NCBI GenBank assembly: GCA_963555995.3
Contig: OY821641.1
Coordinates: forward strand, 2,560,001-2,624,000
Length of the DNA stretch: 64,000 bases
From: Vicinamibacteria bacterium
GTDB taxonomy: Bacteria; Acidobacteriota; Vicinamibacteria; Marinacidobacterales; Marinacidobacteraceae
Direction: 5' to 3'
Positions 38,659 through 47,820 of the stretch are shown here, piece by piece. The position numbers and the translations under genes were made by a program. The notes beneath the pieces were generated by a model that had not been told where the DNA came from, did not search any database, and saw nothing but the letters and a program-made list of their open reading frames with translations. Numbering within the stretch: position 1 is the stretch's first letter; each line of letters starts with the position of its first letter.

Positions 38659-39810
38659 GTGAAAACGATGCTCCATAGAGAGACTCAGAACGCCGACTAC
38701 ACTCGGGACCAGAGAGATCCCGCCGTGCCGTATCCCCAACCGACCTTCCCTCGCGCCGAGGTGGACGCCGCCGGGAGAGTCCTCACGGAGACCCCGACCG
38801 CGGACGCAACCGCGGGCGCGGCGCGACAGCGGGCAAGGGAGCTGGTGGACGACTGGCGGGCTTCCCACGCCCATCCGCTGGTCACGTTCCGCGTTCTTCT
38901 GGAGGAGCGCGCCCGCCGCATCGCCCCGGAGGCGCTGGTGGCGCAGCGGCTGAAGCGCCTCGCCTCTGTGGAAGCGAAGCTCCGCCGGTTCCCCTGGATG
39001 AAGGTCTCGCGGATGCAGGACCTCGGCGGCTGCCGGGCCATCCTCCCGTCCGTGCGGGAGGTGCGGGAACTCGTCGAGACCTGCCGACAGGGCCGCGAGG
39101 AACACGAGTTCGTCAAGGAATCCGACTACCTCGAGCAGCCGAAGCGCAACGGCTATCGCAGCGTCCATCGCGTCTATCGCTACCGCTCCCGGGCGGGCCG
39201 GAACGCGGCCTGGAACGGGCATCGGATCGAGATCCAGATCCGGTCCCGCCTGCAGCACGCCTGGGCGACTGCGGTGGAGACGGTGGACGCCCTGACCGGC
39301 ACCCGACTGAAGACGAGCGGCCCCGCGAACGGCCTCTGGGACCGCTTCTTCGCGCTCATGGGGAGCGTCTTCGCCATTGAAGAAGGGTGCCCGCCAGTGC
39401 CAGAGACTCCCGCAACGCGGTCCGAACTGCGGGATGAGGTCCGGGACCTCGTTCGGGCGCTTGACGTGGAGGGCGCGCTCTTCGGTCTGGGGAGCACCAT
39501 CCAGAATGTTCGACTGCCCGCCGACGCCGCGTGGTTCCTGATGAGCCTGGACGCCGCCGGCCGGAAGGTGTTCATCCGCAGCTACGGCCAGCGGCAGTTT
39601 TCCACCGCCCAGGCCGAGTACCTCAGGCTCGAAGCAGAGTACGAAGGCAGGCCCGGGTTCCAGGCGTGCCTCCTGTCCACGGACTCGGCGAAAGCCCTTC
39701 GGCAGGCGTATCCCAACTACTTCCTCGATGTCAGCGCGTTCTCCGAGTCGCTGAACCGGTTTCTCGACGGCCCGGACGATCGGGCCTCCGAGTACCAGCG
39801 TGCTTCCTGA
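38659..39810 (+). CDS. RelA/SpoT small alarmone synthetase, fused CapRel-like
   Basis: QRLKRLASVEAKL, MQDLGGCR, GYRSVH, IEIQIRSRLQHAWA; C-terminal domain ends LRQAYPNYFLD (YxxY). Confidence 0.85.
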   Translation: MKTMLHRETQNADYTRDQRDPAVPYPQPTFPRAEVDAAGRVLTETPTADATAGAARQRARELVDDWRASHAHPLVTFRVLLEERARRIAPEALVAQRLKRLASVEAKLRRFPWMKVSRMQDLGGCRAILPSVREVRELVETCRQGREEHEFVKESDYLEQPKRNGYRSVHRVYRYRSRAGRNAAWNGHRIEIQIRSRLQHAWATAVETVDALTGTRLKTSGPANGLWDRFFALMGSVFAIEEGCPPVPETPATRSELRDEVRDLVRALDVEGALFGLGSTIQNVRLPADAAWFLMSLDAAGRKVFIRSYGQRQFSTAQAEYLRLEAEYEGRPGFQACLLSTDSAKALRQAYPNYFLDVSAFSESLNRFLDGPDDRASEYQRAS

Positions 39811-39896
39811 CCCCATCTGAAGGCGCAACGCTGCTATCGAGAGCCGCTTCGAGTACAACACCACGGACCAGAACCTCCCGCCCCCCTGCTGACCCG

Positions 39897-41102
39897 ATGT
39901 TCGACACGAAAGACCAGATCCTCGACCAACTCCGCGCCGGGGAGGACAGCCGCGCCGAGTTCAAAGAAGTGCGCTTCGGGGGCCGCGGGGTGATCTCTCC
40001 CAATACCGAAGATCTGGCCGGCGAACTGGTGGCGTTCGCAAACGCCGGTGGCGGCGCGCTCTTCCTCGGTGTGGACGATTCGGGAAAAGTGCTCGGCATC
40101 CCGTCGGACCGAGTCGGCGCCACGGAACGCTGGCTGGTCAACGTGGCGACGAACAACTGTGATCCCCCGATTCGGCCGGACGTGCGCAAGGTCTGTCTTG
40201 CCGTCCCTAACGGAGATGAGCAGCCGATTCTGGTCATTCGCGTTCCCCGGGGCACCTTCGTCCACCAGACCTCGGGAGGCCGGTACTACGCACGGGTCGG
40301 CTCGACAAAACAGCGGCTCACCTCGCCGGAACTCGCGCGGCTCTTCCAGGATCGCGGCCGCGGTTACGTCTTCGACGAACAGCCGGTGTTCGCCGCCGAC
40401 GTGAACGAGCTCGACTGGGACCGCCTCGAAACATTCTTTGGTCGCTCGCCGAACATTCCGTGGCTCGACCTGCTACGCAACACCCGCGTCGTGCTGCGCG
40501 ACGAGGAGGACGCCGACCGGCCTTCGGTGGCCGGTCTGTTGACCTTCGGCAAACAGCCGACCGAGCACCTGCGGAGCGCCTGGATCGAAGCCGCCTGCTA
40601 CCGGGGAACCCGGCTTTCATCCGACGATCTGATCCACGAGGAGCGCCTCCGCGGCCCGGCCCCCGACCAGATGGACGCCGCGGTCGCCTTCGTCATGCGC
40701 TTCGGCGCCGCCGGTGACGACCCGGCCCGCCGACCGCCCTATGACATCGAGGTGGTGGACGAGGCCATCGTCAACGCCGTCGCCCACCGCGACTATTCCA
40801 TCTACGGCGCAAAGATCCGCCTCTTCCTGTTCGCCGACCGCCTGGAGCTCTACAGCCCGGGTAAGCTGCCCAACACGATGACGCTGGAGGAAATGCCCTA
40901 CCGCGTCTTCACCCGTAACCAACACCTCGTGAACTTCCTCTCCCGCATCCACAGCAAGCGCACGGGCCGGGTCTTCCTCGAATCGCGCGGCGAAGGCGTC
41001 CGTAGGATCCTTGAAGGCGGCGAAGCCCACTCCGGCCGCCGCCCCAAGTACGAACTCTTCGGCGAGGAACTCCGCCTTACCCTCTGGACCAAAGCACGGT
41101 GA
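39897..41102 (+). CDS. Schlafen/AlbA_2 domain + HATPase_c_4 protein
   Basis: GEDSRAEFKE, LVAFANAGGGALFLGVDD, YYARVGST, EAIVNAVAHRDY, SPGKLP, ESRGEGV. Confidence 0.9.
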   Translation: MFDTKDQILDQLRAGEDSRAEFKEVRFGGRGVISPNTEDLAGELVAFANAGGGALFLGVDDSGKVLGIPSDRVGATERWLVNVATNNCDPPIRPDVRKVCLAVPNGDEQPILVIRVPRGTFVHQTSGGRYYARVGSTKQRLTSPELARLFQDRGRGYVFDEQPVFAADVNELDWDRLETFFGRSPNIPWLDLLRNTRVVLRDEEDADRPSVAGLLTFGKQPTEHLRSAWIEAACYRGTRLSSDDLIHEERLRGPAPDQMDAAVAFVMRFGAAGDDPARRPPYDIEVVDEAIVNAVAHRDYSIYGAKIRLFLFADRLELYSPGKLPNTMTLEEMPYRVFTRNQHLVNFLSRIHSKRTGRVFLESRGEGVRRILEGGEAHSGRRPKYELFGEELRLTLWTKAR

Positions 41103-41271
41103 ACGCAGGTTGCGGACCGAAAGGGTACCGTCTGTCGCATTGTGGATCACGAGACAATTCAGAGGACAGTGTTCCACCCAACGCTACCGTAGGGCCGGAT
41201 AGGCGGTAGTAACCGGACGGTATCGCTTCGAAGTCGTGCAGGTGTGCGTCACCGAGACTCAAACGGGATAG

Positions 41272-43479
41272 ATGGGCTGGGGCGGAATGCATCGCGACGG
41301 GAAGGAAAACCGATTGCACTGCATGTGGCGTCGCGTCACGGAGATACTGGGGTCCCCTTGGCGCTGGTGGCGGAACCGAAAAGGACGCGCAGCGGGCCAG
41401 ATGCCGGCGGTGCTCGGCGATGGTTTGGGCGGAGCGAATTGGGACCGGCATCCAGTACCAACAAGCTCGGAGACTGCACCGCCCACAGCGGAACCAACCG
41501 AGGCAGAACCAAGTAACACGGCGCAGGAGAACGACACCGACCCACTACCGACTCCCGATAAGGATCGCGCCGGGGGCGAACCAATCTCGCACGGAATTGC
41601 TGAGAGGGAGCGCGACAGCGAAGCGTCGCGACGACCGCGGTCGCGCGGGGGCGAACGCGGGCGGGAGCATCGGGGCAAGGATCCTGCTGACGGGGAGACT
41701 GTGTGGCATCCGTCGGCAACAAAGGAGGGACAGGTAGAGATCGTGTGCCGTGAGCACGAAGGGCGGTGGGAGCTAGCGGTCGTGCCGCGTCGCGGCGTGG
41801 TGGTGCGCGGCACCGATGGGCAGCTGGCGTCAGCGAACGGCGAATTCGTTCCGGCATCCTTTCGCAGCGAGGTCTATATCGAGAACGTCGCAGGAGGAGA
41901 GCGCCGACTCCTGCCGCTGTATACGGACAAACCAATGGTCTTCCAAGTCGGCACGGACTGGCGGGGTCCGGGCCGCAAAGTGCGCGGAGTCGGTGTCGGC
42001 CACTTCGTGGCGATCGTGCCCATGGAGTGGACCCGTTGGGGAAGCGCGCCGGTGAAGCCGGAACCATGTGCGGATGCGGGTTTCTGCGCGCACTACTTCC
42101 ACGGGGCTCGAGGGGACGCACCGAAGGCCGAAGGGTTCGAAGAATTCGGCGCCGTGTCGACCTCGGTCATCGAACTTGTCGGTCGGCGGGTCTTCGACGA
42201 CTCGGATCAGGGCGAGCTGTACGTGGGGCATGTACCGGAGCTAAACGCGCCAGGCATGGCGTGGGCACATGTGGGCGAGGAGGGTCGAAAAGGCTGGCGC
42301 GAAACCTATCGCCTGGACAGCGGACAAACGCTCGCCGATGTCGTCGGGGATCGCCAAGGGTGGTTCTTTGTACGCGTGTACCGCGAGGGCGAAATAGTGC
42401 AGGCGGACAGCGTCCAGTTCCGATACCTCGCGAGTCTGCGGGAGATCCGCATCGACGGGAGGCCGTACACGGCCGACACGCTCTTGACTCCGGGGCCGCG
42501 AGGCCACGGAACGTCGCGGATCGATTTCGTCGGATCAACCAAAGCCCGCGTCCGCATCGAGGGAACGGTGACGAGCGGACTGAGTGTGGCGCCCGGTGGC
42601 ACGTCGGTCGCGTGTGCCCCGCACCCAGAGCTGGGGGAGTTGCAGTTTCGGTTGACCGATGGCCACGGAGCGGTGGATGTTGTGATCGACCTGCCGCGGG
42701 TGTGGTGGCGGCTGGAGCGCGCGGGACAGGCGCTGGCCTCCTGGAGGGACCGATCCGATACCGTGACTAGGAACGAGTACCGAGCGCTGGCGCTCGACGG
42801 GTTTGCGGTAACGGTAAGGGTGCCGGCACGGGCCGCCCCGGTCGGGTTCGGCTTCGACGAGGAAGGTCGAGTGGGGTACCCGGGCAGGCGGGAGGGACGG
42901 CGCGCGTTGTGCGTCGTGTCGCTCCGGGATTTCGCGGACCACGAGGAGATCGACCGGCGGTTGTTCCGGGATGCCGTCTTTGGCGCGCGCTGCGGGGAGG
43001 CCATAGTGGACCTCATGAAGGTGGCCGCCGACCCGTTACCCAAGATCGCTGAATTCACAGTCGCGCCTGCTCGCGCGCGGGTGGGGGAGACGGTGGCCGT
43101 ACTCTGGAGGATCGAGAACTGCGAAGGCGTCGAAGTCTCACTGGAGCCGGACGTCGGTCCGGTGGCTGCCGAGGGCCGGTACAAAATCCGAATGGACCGA
43201 CGGACGCGGGTGGCCCTGCGGCTCGTCGCACCCGGGATGAACGACCTCGTGCGCGAGTTCTTCGTCGACTTGGAGCCACCCGCGGCGTCCTTGGAGCAAC
43301 AGCCCATAGCGCGCGCAAGGCGAGCCGGGAGCTGGCGTCGCGCGAAGGGATTCAGCCCCGGGGAGATGGCGGAGGCCGCGGGCTCAGTGCGACTATCGGT
43401 AAGGCGCGACCGGCGCCGCAGAAGCGCGCACGCGATCAACATCGCGTCACTTGAGGACTGGATGAATGCACAACGCTGA
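41272..43479 (+). CDS. Large hypothetical protein, beta-rich, with C-terminal Ig/PKD-like and L13e-like segments
   Basis: 735-aa ORF overlapping the helicase start by 14 nt; exact start uncertain. Confidence 0.75.
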   Translation: MGWGGMHRDGKENRLHCMWRRVTEILGSPWRWWRNRKGRAAGQMPAVLGDGLGGANWDRHPVPTSSETAPPTAEPTEAEPSNTAQENDTDPLPTPDKDRAGGEPISHGIAERERDSEASRRPRSRGGERGREHRGKDPADGETVWHPSATKEGQVEIVCREHEGRWELAVVPRRGVVVRGTDGQLASANGEFVPASFRSEVYIENVAGGERRLLPLYTDKPMVFQVGTDWRGPGRKVRGVGVGHFVAIVPMEWTRWGSAPVKPEPCADAGFCAHYFHGARGDAPKAEGFEEFGAVSTSVIELVGRRVFDDSDQGELYVGHVPELNAPGMAWAHVGEEGRKGWRETYRLDSGQTLADVVGDRQGWFFVRVYREGEIVQADSVQFRYLASLREIRIDGRPYTADTLLTPGPRGHGTSRIDFVGSTKARVRIEGTVTSGLSVAPGGTSVACAPHPELGELQFRLTDGHGAVDVVIDLPRVWWRLERAGQALASWRDRSDTVTRNEYRALALDGFAVTVRVPARAAPVGFGFDEEGRVGYPGRREGRRALCVVSLRDFADHEEIDRRLFRDAVFGARCGEAIVDLMKVAADPLPKIAEFTVAPARARVGETVAVLWRIENCEGVEVSLEPDVGPVAAEGRYKIRMDRRTRVALRLVAPGMNDLVREFFVDLEPPAASLEQQPIARARRAGSWRRAKGFSPGEMAEAAGSVRLSVRRDRRRRSAHAINIASLEDWMNAQR

Positions 43480-46400
43480 AGAGCTGAGCGGCTGGACGGA
43501 GACCATCCGACAGCGTTATCGGAACTATTTGCGGACATCGTTCTTCTTCAAGGAACCCGCGCTGCGAACCTCGTTCGCAGTGGCGCTAGAGCAGGAGGCG
43601 GAGCTGCTGAAGGGACCGTTTCCGGAACCGGGACGGTTGTTCGCCCGTGGCGTGAGCGCGCCGGAGCTCGCGCAGGAATACCTCGGTAGTGAGTGCGACG
43701 GGTTGCGTCCGGCACTGCTTGACAATCCCTTGTACACGCACCAAGAGCGGGCTGTACGAATGACCTTCGGCGAAGCGCGCAACGTTGTGGTGGCCACCGG
43801 GACGGCGAGTGGCAAAACGGAGAGCTTCCTGTATCCGATCCTGTTCGAGTTGTACCGGCAGCATCTGGCCGGGCAGCTTGCGGTGCCGGGTGTTCGCGCC
43901 TTGGTGCTCTATCCGATGAACGCGCTCGCGAACGATCAACGGGAGCGTCTGCGGAAAATCTGCCGCACGCTAGAACACCACGGTTCGGATTTCATACCGA
44001 CGTTTGGGCAGTACATCGGCGAGACCCCCTACATTGCGCCGGCCGACGTGGCCGAGGAGGCTGCCCGTGGTGAACTGCTAGGCCGTGAGCAGATGCGGCA
44101 GACACCGCCACACATCCTCTTGACGAACTACTCGATGCTGGAATACCTGCTGATGCGGCCGGACGATAGTCCGCTGTTCGAGAACAGCAGCCAGTGGCAG
44201 TTCATGGTGCTTGACGAGGCTCACCAGTACCGGGGCGCGAAAGGCATGGAGATGGGGATGCTGCTGCGGCGCCTCAAACAACGCCTGCGCGACGGCGGGC
44301 GGGCGGACGCGTTCCGCTGCATCGCAACGAGTGCCACGATGAGTTCGGGGGAGGGCGGCAAAGAGCGCCAAGCGGTCGCGGACTTCGCGACGGCTCTGTT
44401 CGGCGAACCGTTCGAAATGGACGGCGTAATCTTCGGGGAACTGGACGCAACAGATCGCCCCATGGCCACTGCGGGGCGCTACCACGCGTTTCTGCGGGCC
44501 TTGGAGGGCGCCTTCTTGGTCCATCGTGGTGGCAGGGACGTAGTGGTTTTGAACCGCAGCGGTGGGGAGGCACCAGCGGGGCCTCCCGTGCCGCTCGAGA
44601 TCGCGCTCTGCAGGGAATGTGGGCAGCACTACTATGTGGGTCGCGAGCGCGGCGGGCGGCTCGCGGAAGGAATTCGGGATCCCAGCCACGAGTCGTTCGG
44701 CGTCGAGTACTTCCTGCCGACGGACTACGCGGCCACACACTGGCTCTGTCGCCGCTGCGGGGCGCTGTCCGGCGGCGGGCCTACGTGCGATTGCGACGCA
44801 GGCACGGGGGTGAAGCACTGCGAGGCACATCCGGACCGGCCGGACCAGTTGCGCGAATGCGCTGTGTGCGGCTACCAGCGGGGTAGTCTGGGCGATCCCG
44901 TCCAAGAGATCGTGCACGGGTCAGACGGGCCGAACGCAGTGATCGCCACGGCGCTCCACGAAGTGCTGCCAGCAGAGCGCCGCAAGGTGTTGGCGTTCGC
45001 GGACAGCCGGCAGGAAGCCGCGTTCTTCGCCTGGTACGCGGAGGACTCATACAAGAAGCTCCGCGATCGCAACCTCATGCTTCGGGCGCTCCGCTCGAGT
45101 CCCATCGATGTCGAAGGGTTGTCGGTGGACGACCTGGCGACACGGTTGGCACGGCAATGGGACGCAGCCGGTCTCCTGAAGGAATCCGACACTCAGGAGA
45201 CACGCAAGCGCGCGGTCCTTGGGTCGATCTTTGCAGAGGCGCTCACCGAAGAGCGGCGCCTTTCATTGGCGGGCGTAGGGCTCGTGAAATGGACGGTGAG
45301 AATCCCAGCAGATGTCTTATTGCCCGCTATCGTGCATGCGACGCCGTGGCGCTTGAGCGATTTCGAGGCGCGGGAACTGATCGGCTTCCTGCTGGAACAG
45401 ATGCGCACGCGGCGTGCTCTCGCGCTGCCGGAGGGACCGGGAGCGCCGGACTGGGCCGATGTGACGCCGTGGGCGACCCAGGCGTTCGCACCCGGCCCAC
45501 CCGGACGCCGAAAGGGCGTGGTGCAATGGGGCGGACCGCAATCGGCCGTCGTCACGCACTATCTCGCCAGGCTGCTCGGTGCCGAGGTTTTCGAGGAGCA
45601 GCGCCCGCAAACGTCTCAGGCGCTGATGCGGGCGCTGTGGCAGGCACTCCGGGACCGGGATCGCGCCCACCGTTCGGACGAACAGCTGTTGTGGGGTGGC
45701 CAGGGCAGGTGGAACGGGACGTTCCGGATTAGCCCACACTGGCTGCGGGTCCAGCTGGCCGACGCAGCCGACATCTGGGAATGTGACACGTGCGCAGGGC
45801 TGAGCGCACACCGCGTGCGCGGCATCTGTCCCCGCAACGGATGCCCCGGAACGCTTGGCTCGGTAGACGAGGGGCGATTAGGTCAGAACCACTATCGGAT
45901 TCTCTACGAGAGCGACGAACTTCCCGCCGAATTGGTGGCGGAAGAGCACACCGCGCAGATCGAAAGCGGTGAGGCGCGGCGCCGTCAACGGGATTTCAAG
46001 GATGGATCGACACACTTGCTCAGCTCGTCGACGACGTTTGAGGTAGGTGTCGACCTCGGCGATCTGGACGTGGTATTCCTGCGAAACGTCCCGCCCGAGC
46101 CATTCAACTACACACAACGCGTGGGGCGTGCCGGGCGCCGGGACAGGCCCGGGCTCGCGCTGACGTACTGCCGGCGGAACCCGCACGACCTGTACCACTA
46201 CGGCGACCCCGAGGAGCGGGTGATCAGGGGCAAAGTGGAGCCACCCAGGCTCCGGATGACGAATGAGAGGATCATCGTACGGCACATGGTTGCCGCGTCG
46301 CTTGCGGCCTTTTTCAAGGCTGACGACAACCGCGGCCGGTTCAAGAATGTGGAGGCGTTCGTGGGGGACTGGTCGGCACCTCGGAGCGTGTCGGACGTAA

Positions 46401-47677
46401 GGAGCTTTTGCACCGGCAACGCGGCGCTTGGGAAGGCGCTGCGTCGCATCGTTCCTGATGAGATGCACGACGCGGTCGGTCTGTCCTCGGACGGCTGGGT
46501 GAGGCGCGTCTGCGGGCCCGCGAGCCGCTTCGCGCAAGTTGAAGCGGAGGTAGTTTCTGACTACCAACGCATGGAAGACTTGCGACTGGCGCTATTCCAG
46601 AAGCGGGAGAGCACGGGTCGGGTCGAGGCTCGGATCAGGACGGTACGCCGTGAATCGACCCTGACTTTCCTGTCGCGCAAGGCGGTGATCCCGAAATACG
46701 GCTTTCCGGTGGATGTCGTAGAACTGGACACGCACTCGGAGGACGGGCGCGTGGCCCTGCAACGGGATCTGTCGCAGGCGATCGCGGAGTACGCACCAGG
46801 GGGGCGCGTTGTTGCGAACAAGCGCGAGTGGTCGTCGTACGGGCTGAAGATGGTAGCTGGGAAGGCGTGGCCCGTGCGGTCCTACGCGTACGACGACGCA
46901 CGGAGTTTCCGGCAGTGGCACGAGGGCGATCCGTCAGCGCCGCCTGATGCCCGCCGATATGTGATCCCGGAATGGGGGTTCGTGACCCAGTGGTCGAAAC
47001 AACCGCCACGGCCGCAGGGCCGCGCGCGGCGCTTCTACACTACCCGGCCGTTCTTCCGGGGCTTCGGCCGCGTGGATCGGCCGACCACGCGCGTCGTTCG
47101 CGGCGTGGAGGTGACGCAGGCGCAACCCGGGACGCTCGTGATTCTCTGCGAAGGGAGGAACCGGTCGGGTTTCTACATCTGCGGCATGTGCGGCGCGCAT
47201 GCCACGGCGCGAAAGAGGGCACATCGGACACCTGCGAACATCGCTTGCCAAGGTTCGATGGGCTGGTTCTCGCTCGGCCATGAACTCGTAACCGACGTGG
47301 TGCGCCTGAAGTTTCCGGGAGTCGGAGACGAGTGGCACGCATACTCGGTCGGGTATGCCGTGCTCCTGGGCGCCGCGGAGACGCTCGGCGTGCCCAACAC
47401 GGACTTGAACGTGACGATTGCAAGGGCTGAAGATCCAGGCACGTCCGCCATCGTGCTCTACGACGCGGTGCCGGGTGGGGCCGGACTGGTCGCGCAACTC
47501 GAGCGTGACGACGTGTTTTCACGCGTGCTGGTGCTCGCCCGTCAGCGCGTGGACGGCGACTGTGGTTGCGATTCAAGCTGTTACGGTTGCCTACGCAGCT
47601 ACCGGAATCAGTTCGCGCATCCGTACCTCCACCGGATGCGCGCGGCGGAGACGCTGGACGCGCTAAGAGGGCCGTGA
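43466..47677 (+). CDS. DEAD/DEAH helicase with Zn-finger inserts and C-terminal DUF1998 (DruE/MrfA-like)
   Basis: ATGTASGKT, YPMNALANDQ, TNYSMLE, DEAHQY, ATSAT, FADSRQ, STTFEVGVD, QRVGRAGRR, YDAVPGGAG, CGCDSSCYGCL. Confidence 0.93.
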   Translation: MHNAEELSGWTETIRQRYRNYLRTSFFFKEPALRTSFAVALEQEAELLKGPFPEPGRLFARGVSAPELAQEYLGSECDGLRPALLDNPLYTHQERAVRMTFGEARNVVVATGTASGKTESFLYPILFELYRQHLAGQLAVPGVRALVLYPMNALANDQRERLRKICRTLEHHGSDFIPTFGQYIGETPYIAPADVAEEAARGELLGREQMRQTPPHILLTNYSMLEYLLMRPDDSPLFENSSQWQFMVLDEAHQYRGAKGMEMGMLLRRLKQRLRDGGRADAFRCIATSATMSSGEGGKERQAVADFATALFGEPFEMDGVIFGELDATDRPMATAGRYHAFLRALEGAFLVHRGGRDVVVLNRSGGEAPAGPPVPLEIALCRECGQHYYVGRERGGRLAEGIRDPSHESFGVEYFLPTDYAATHWLCRRCGALSGGGPTCDCDAGTGVKHCEAHPDRPDQLRECAVCGYQRGSLGDPVQEIVHGSDGPNAVIATALHEVLPAERRKVLAFADSRQEAAFFAWYAEDSYKKLRDRNLMLRALRSSPIDVEGLSVDDLATRLARQWDAAGLLKESDTQETRKRAVLGSIFAEALTEERRLSLAGVGLVKWTVRIPADVLLPAIVHATPWRLSDFEARELIGFLLEQMRTRRALALPEGPGAPDWADVTPWATQAFAPGPPGRRKGVVQWGGPQSAVVTHYLARLLGAEVFEEQRPQTSQALMRALWQALRDRDRAHRSDEQLLWGGQGRWNGTFRISPHWLRVQLADAADIWECDTCAGLSAHRVRGICPRNGCPGTLGSVDEGRLGQNHYRILYESDELPAELVAEEHTAQIESGEARRRQRDFKDGSTHLLSSSTTFEVGVDLGDLDVVFLRNVPPEPFNYTQRVGRAGRRDRPGLALTYCRRNPHDLYHYGDPEERVIRGKVEPPRLRMTNERIIVRHMVAASLAAFFKADDNRGRFKNVEAFVGDWSAPRSVSDVRSFCTGNAALGKALRRIVPDEMHDAVGLSSDGWVRRVCGPASRFAQVEAEVVSDYQRMEDLRLALFQKRESTGRVEARIRTVRRESTLTFLSRKAVIPKYGFPVDVVELDTHSEDGRVALQRDLSQAIAEYAPGGRVVANKREWSSYGLKMVAGKAWPVRSYAYDDARSFRQWHEGDPSAPPDARRYVIPEWGFVTQWSKQPPRPQGRARRFYTTRPFFRGFGRVDRPTTRVVRGVEVTQAQPGTLVILCEGRNRSGFYICGMCGAHATARKRAHRTPANIACQGSMGWFSLGHELVTDVVRLKFPGVGDEWHAYSVGYAVLLGAAETLGVPNTDLNVTIARAEDPGTSAIVLYDAVPGGAGLVAQLERDDVFSRVLVLARQRVDGDCGCDSSCYGCLRSYRNQFAHPYLHRMRAAETLDALRGP

Positions 47678-47820
47678 GGTCTGCGGTGCGGCGACCGCCA
47701 AGAATGCCGAGGTCCGGCTCGAGGGCCGTCCGGACTCCAACGTTTTTCGGAGTGGGCGGACACGGGGTCATATGCCGCGTATCGGAGCGACCAGAGTCGT
47801 AACGGAGGTTGAGATCGGAC

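Noticed and set aside
43466-47677. DISARM assignment for the DUF1998 helicase
   Set aside because: No methyltransferase, DrmC phospholipase D or split DrmA/DrmB in the neighbourhood.
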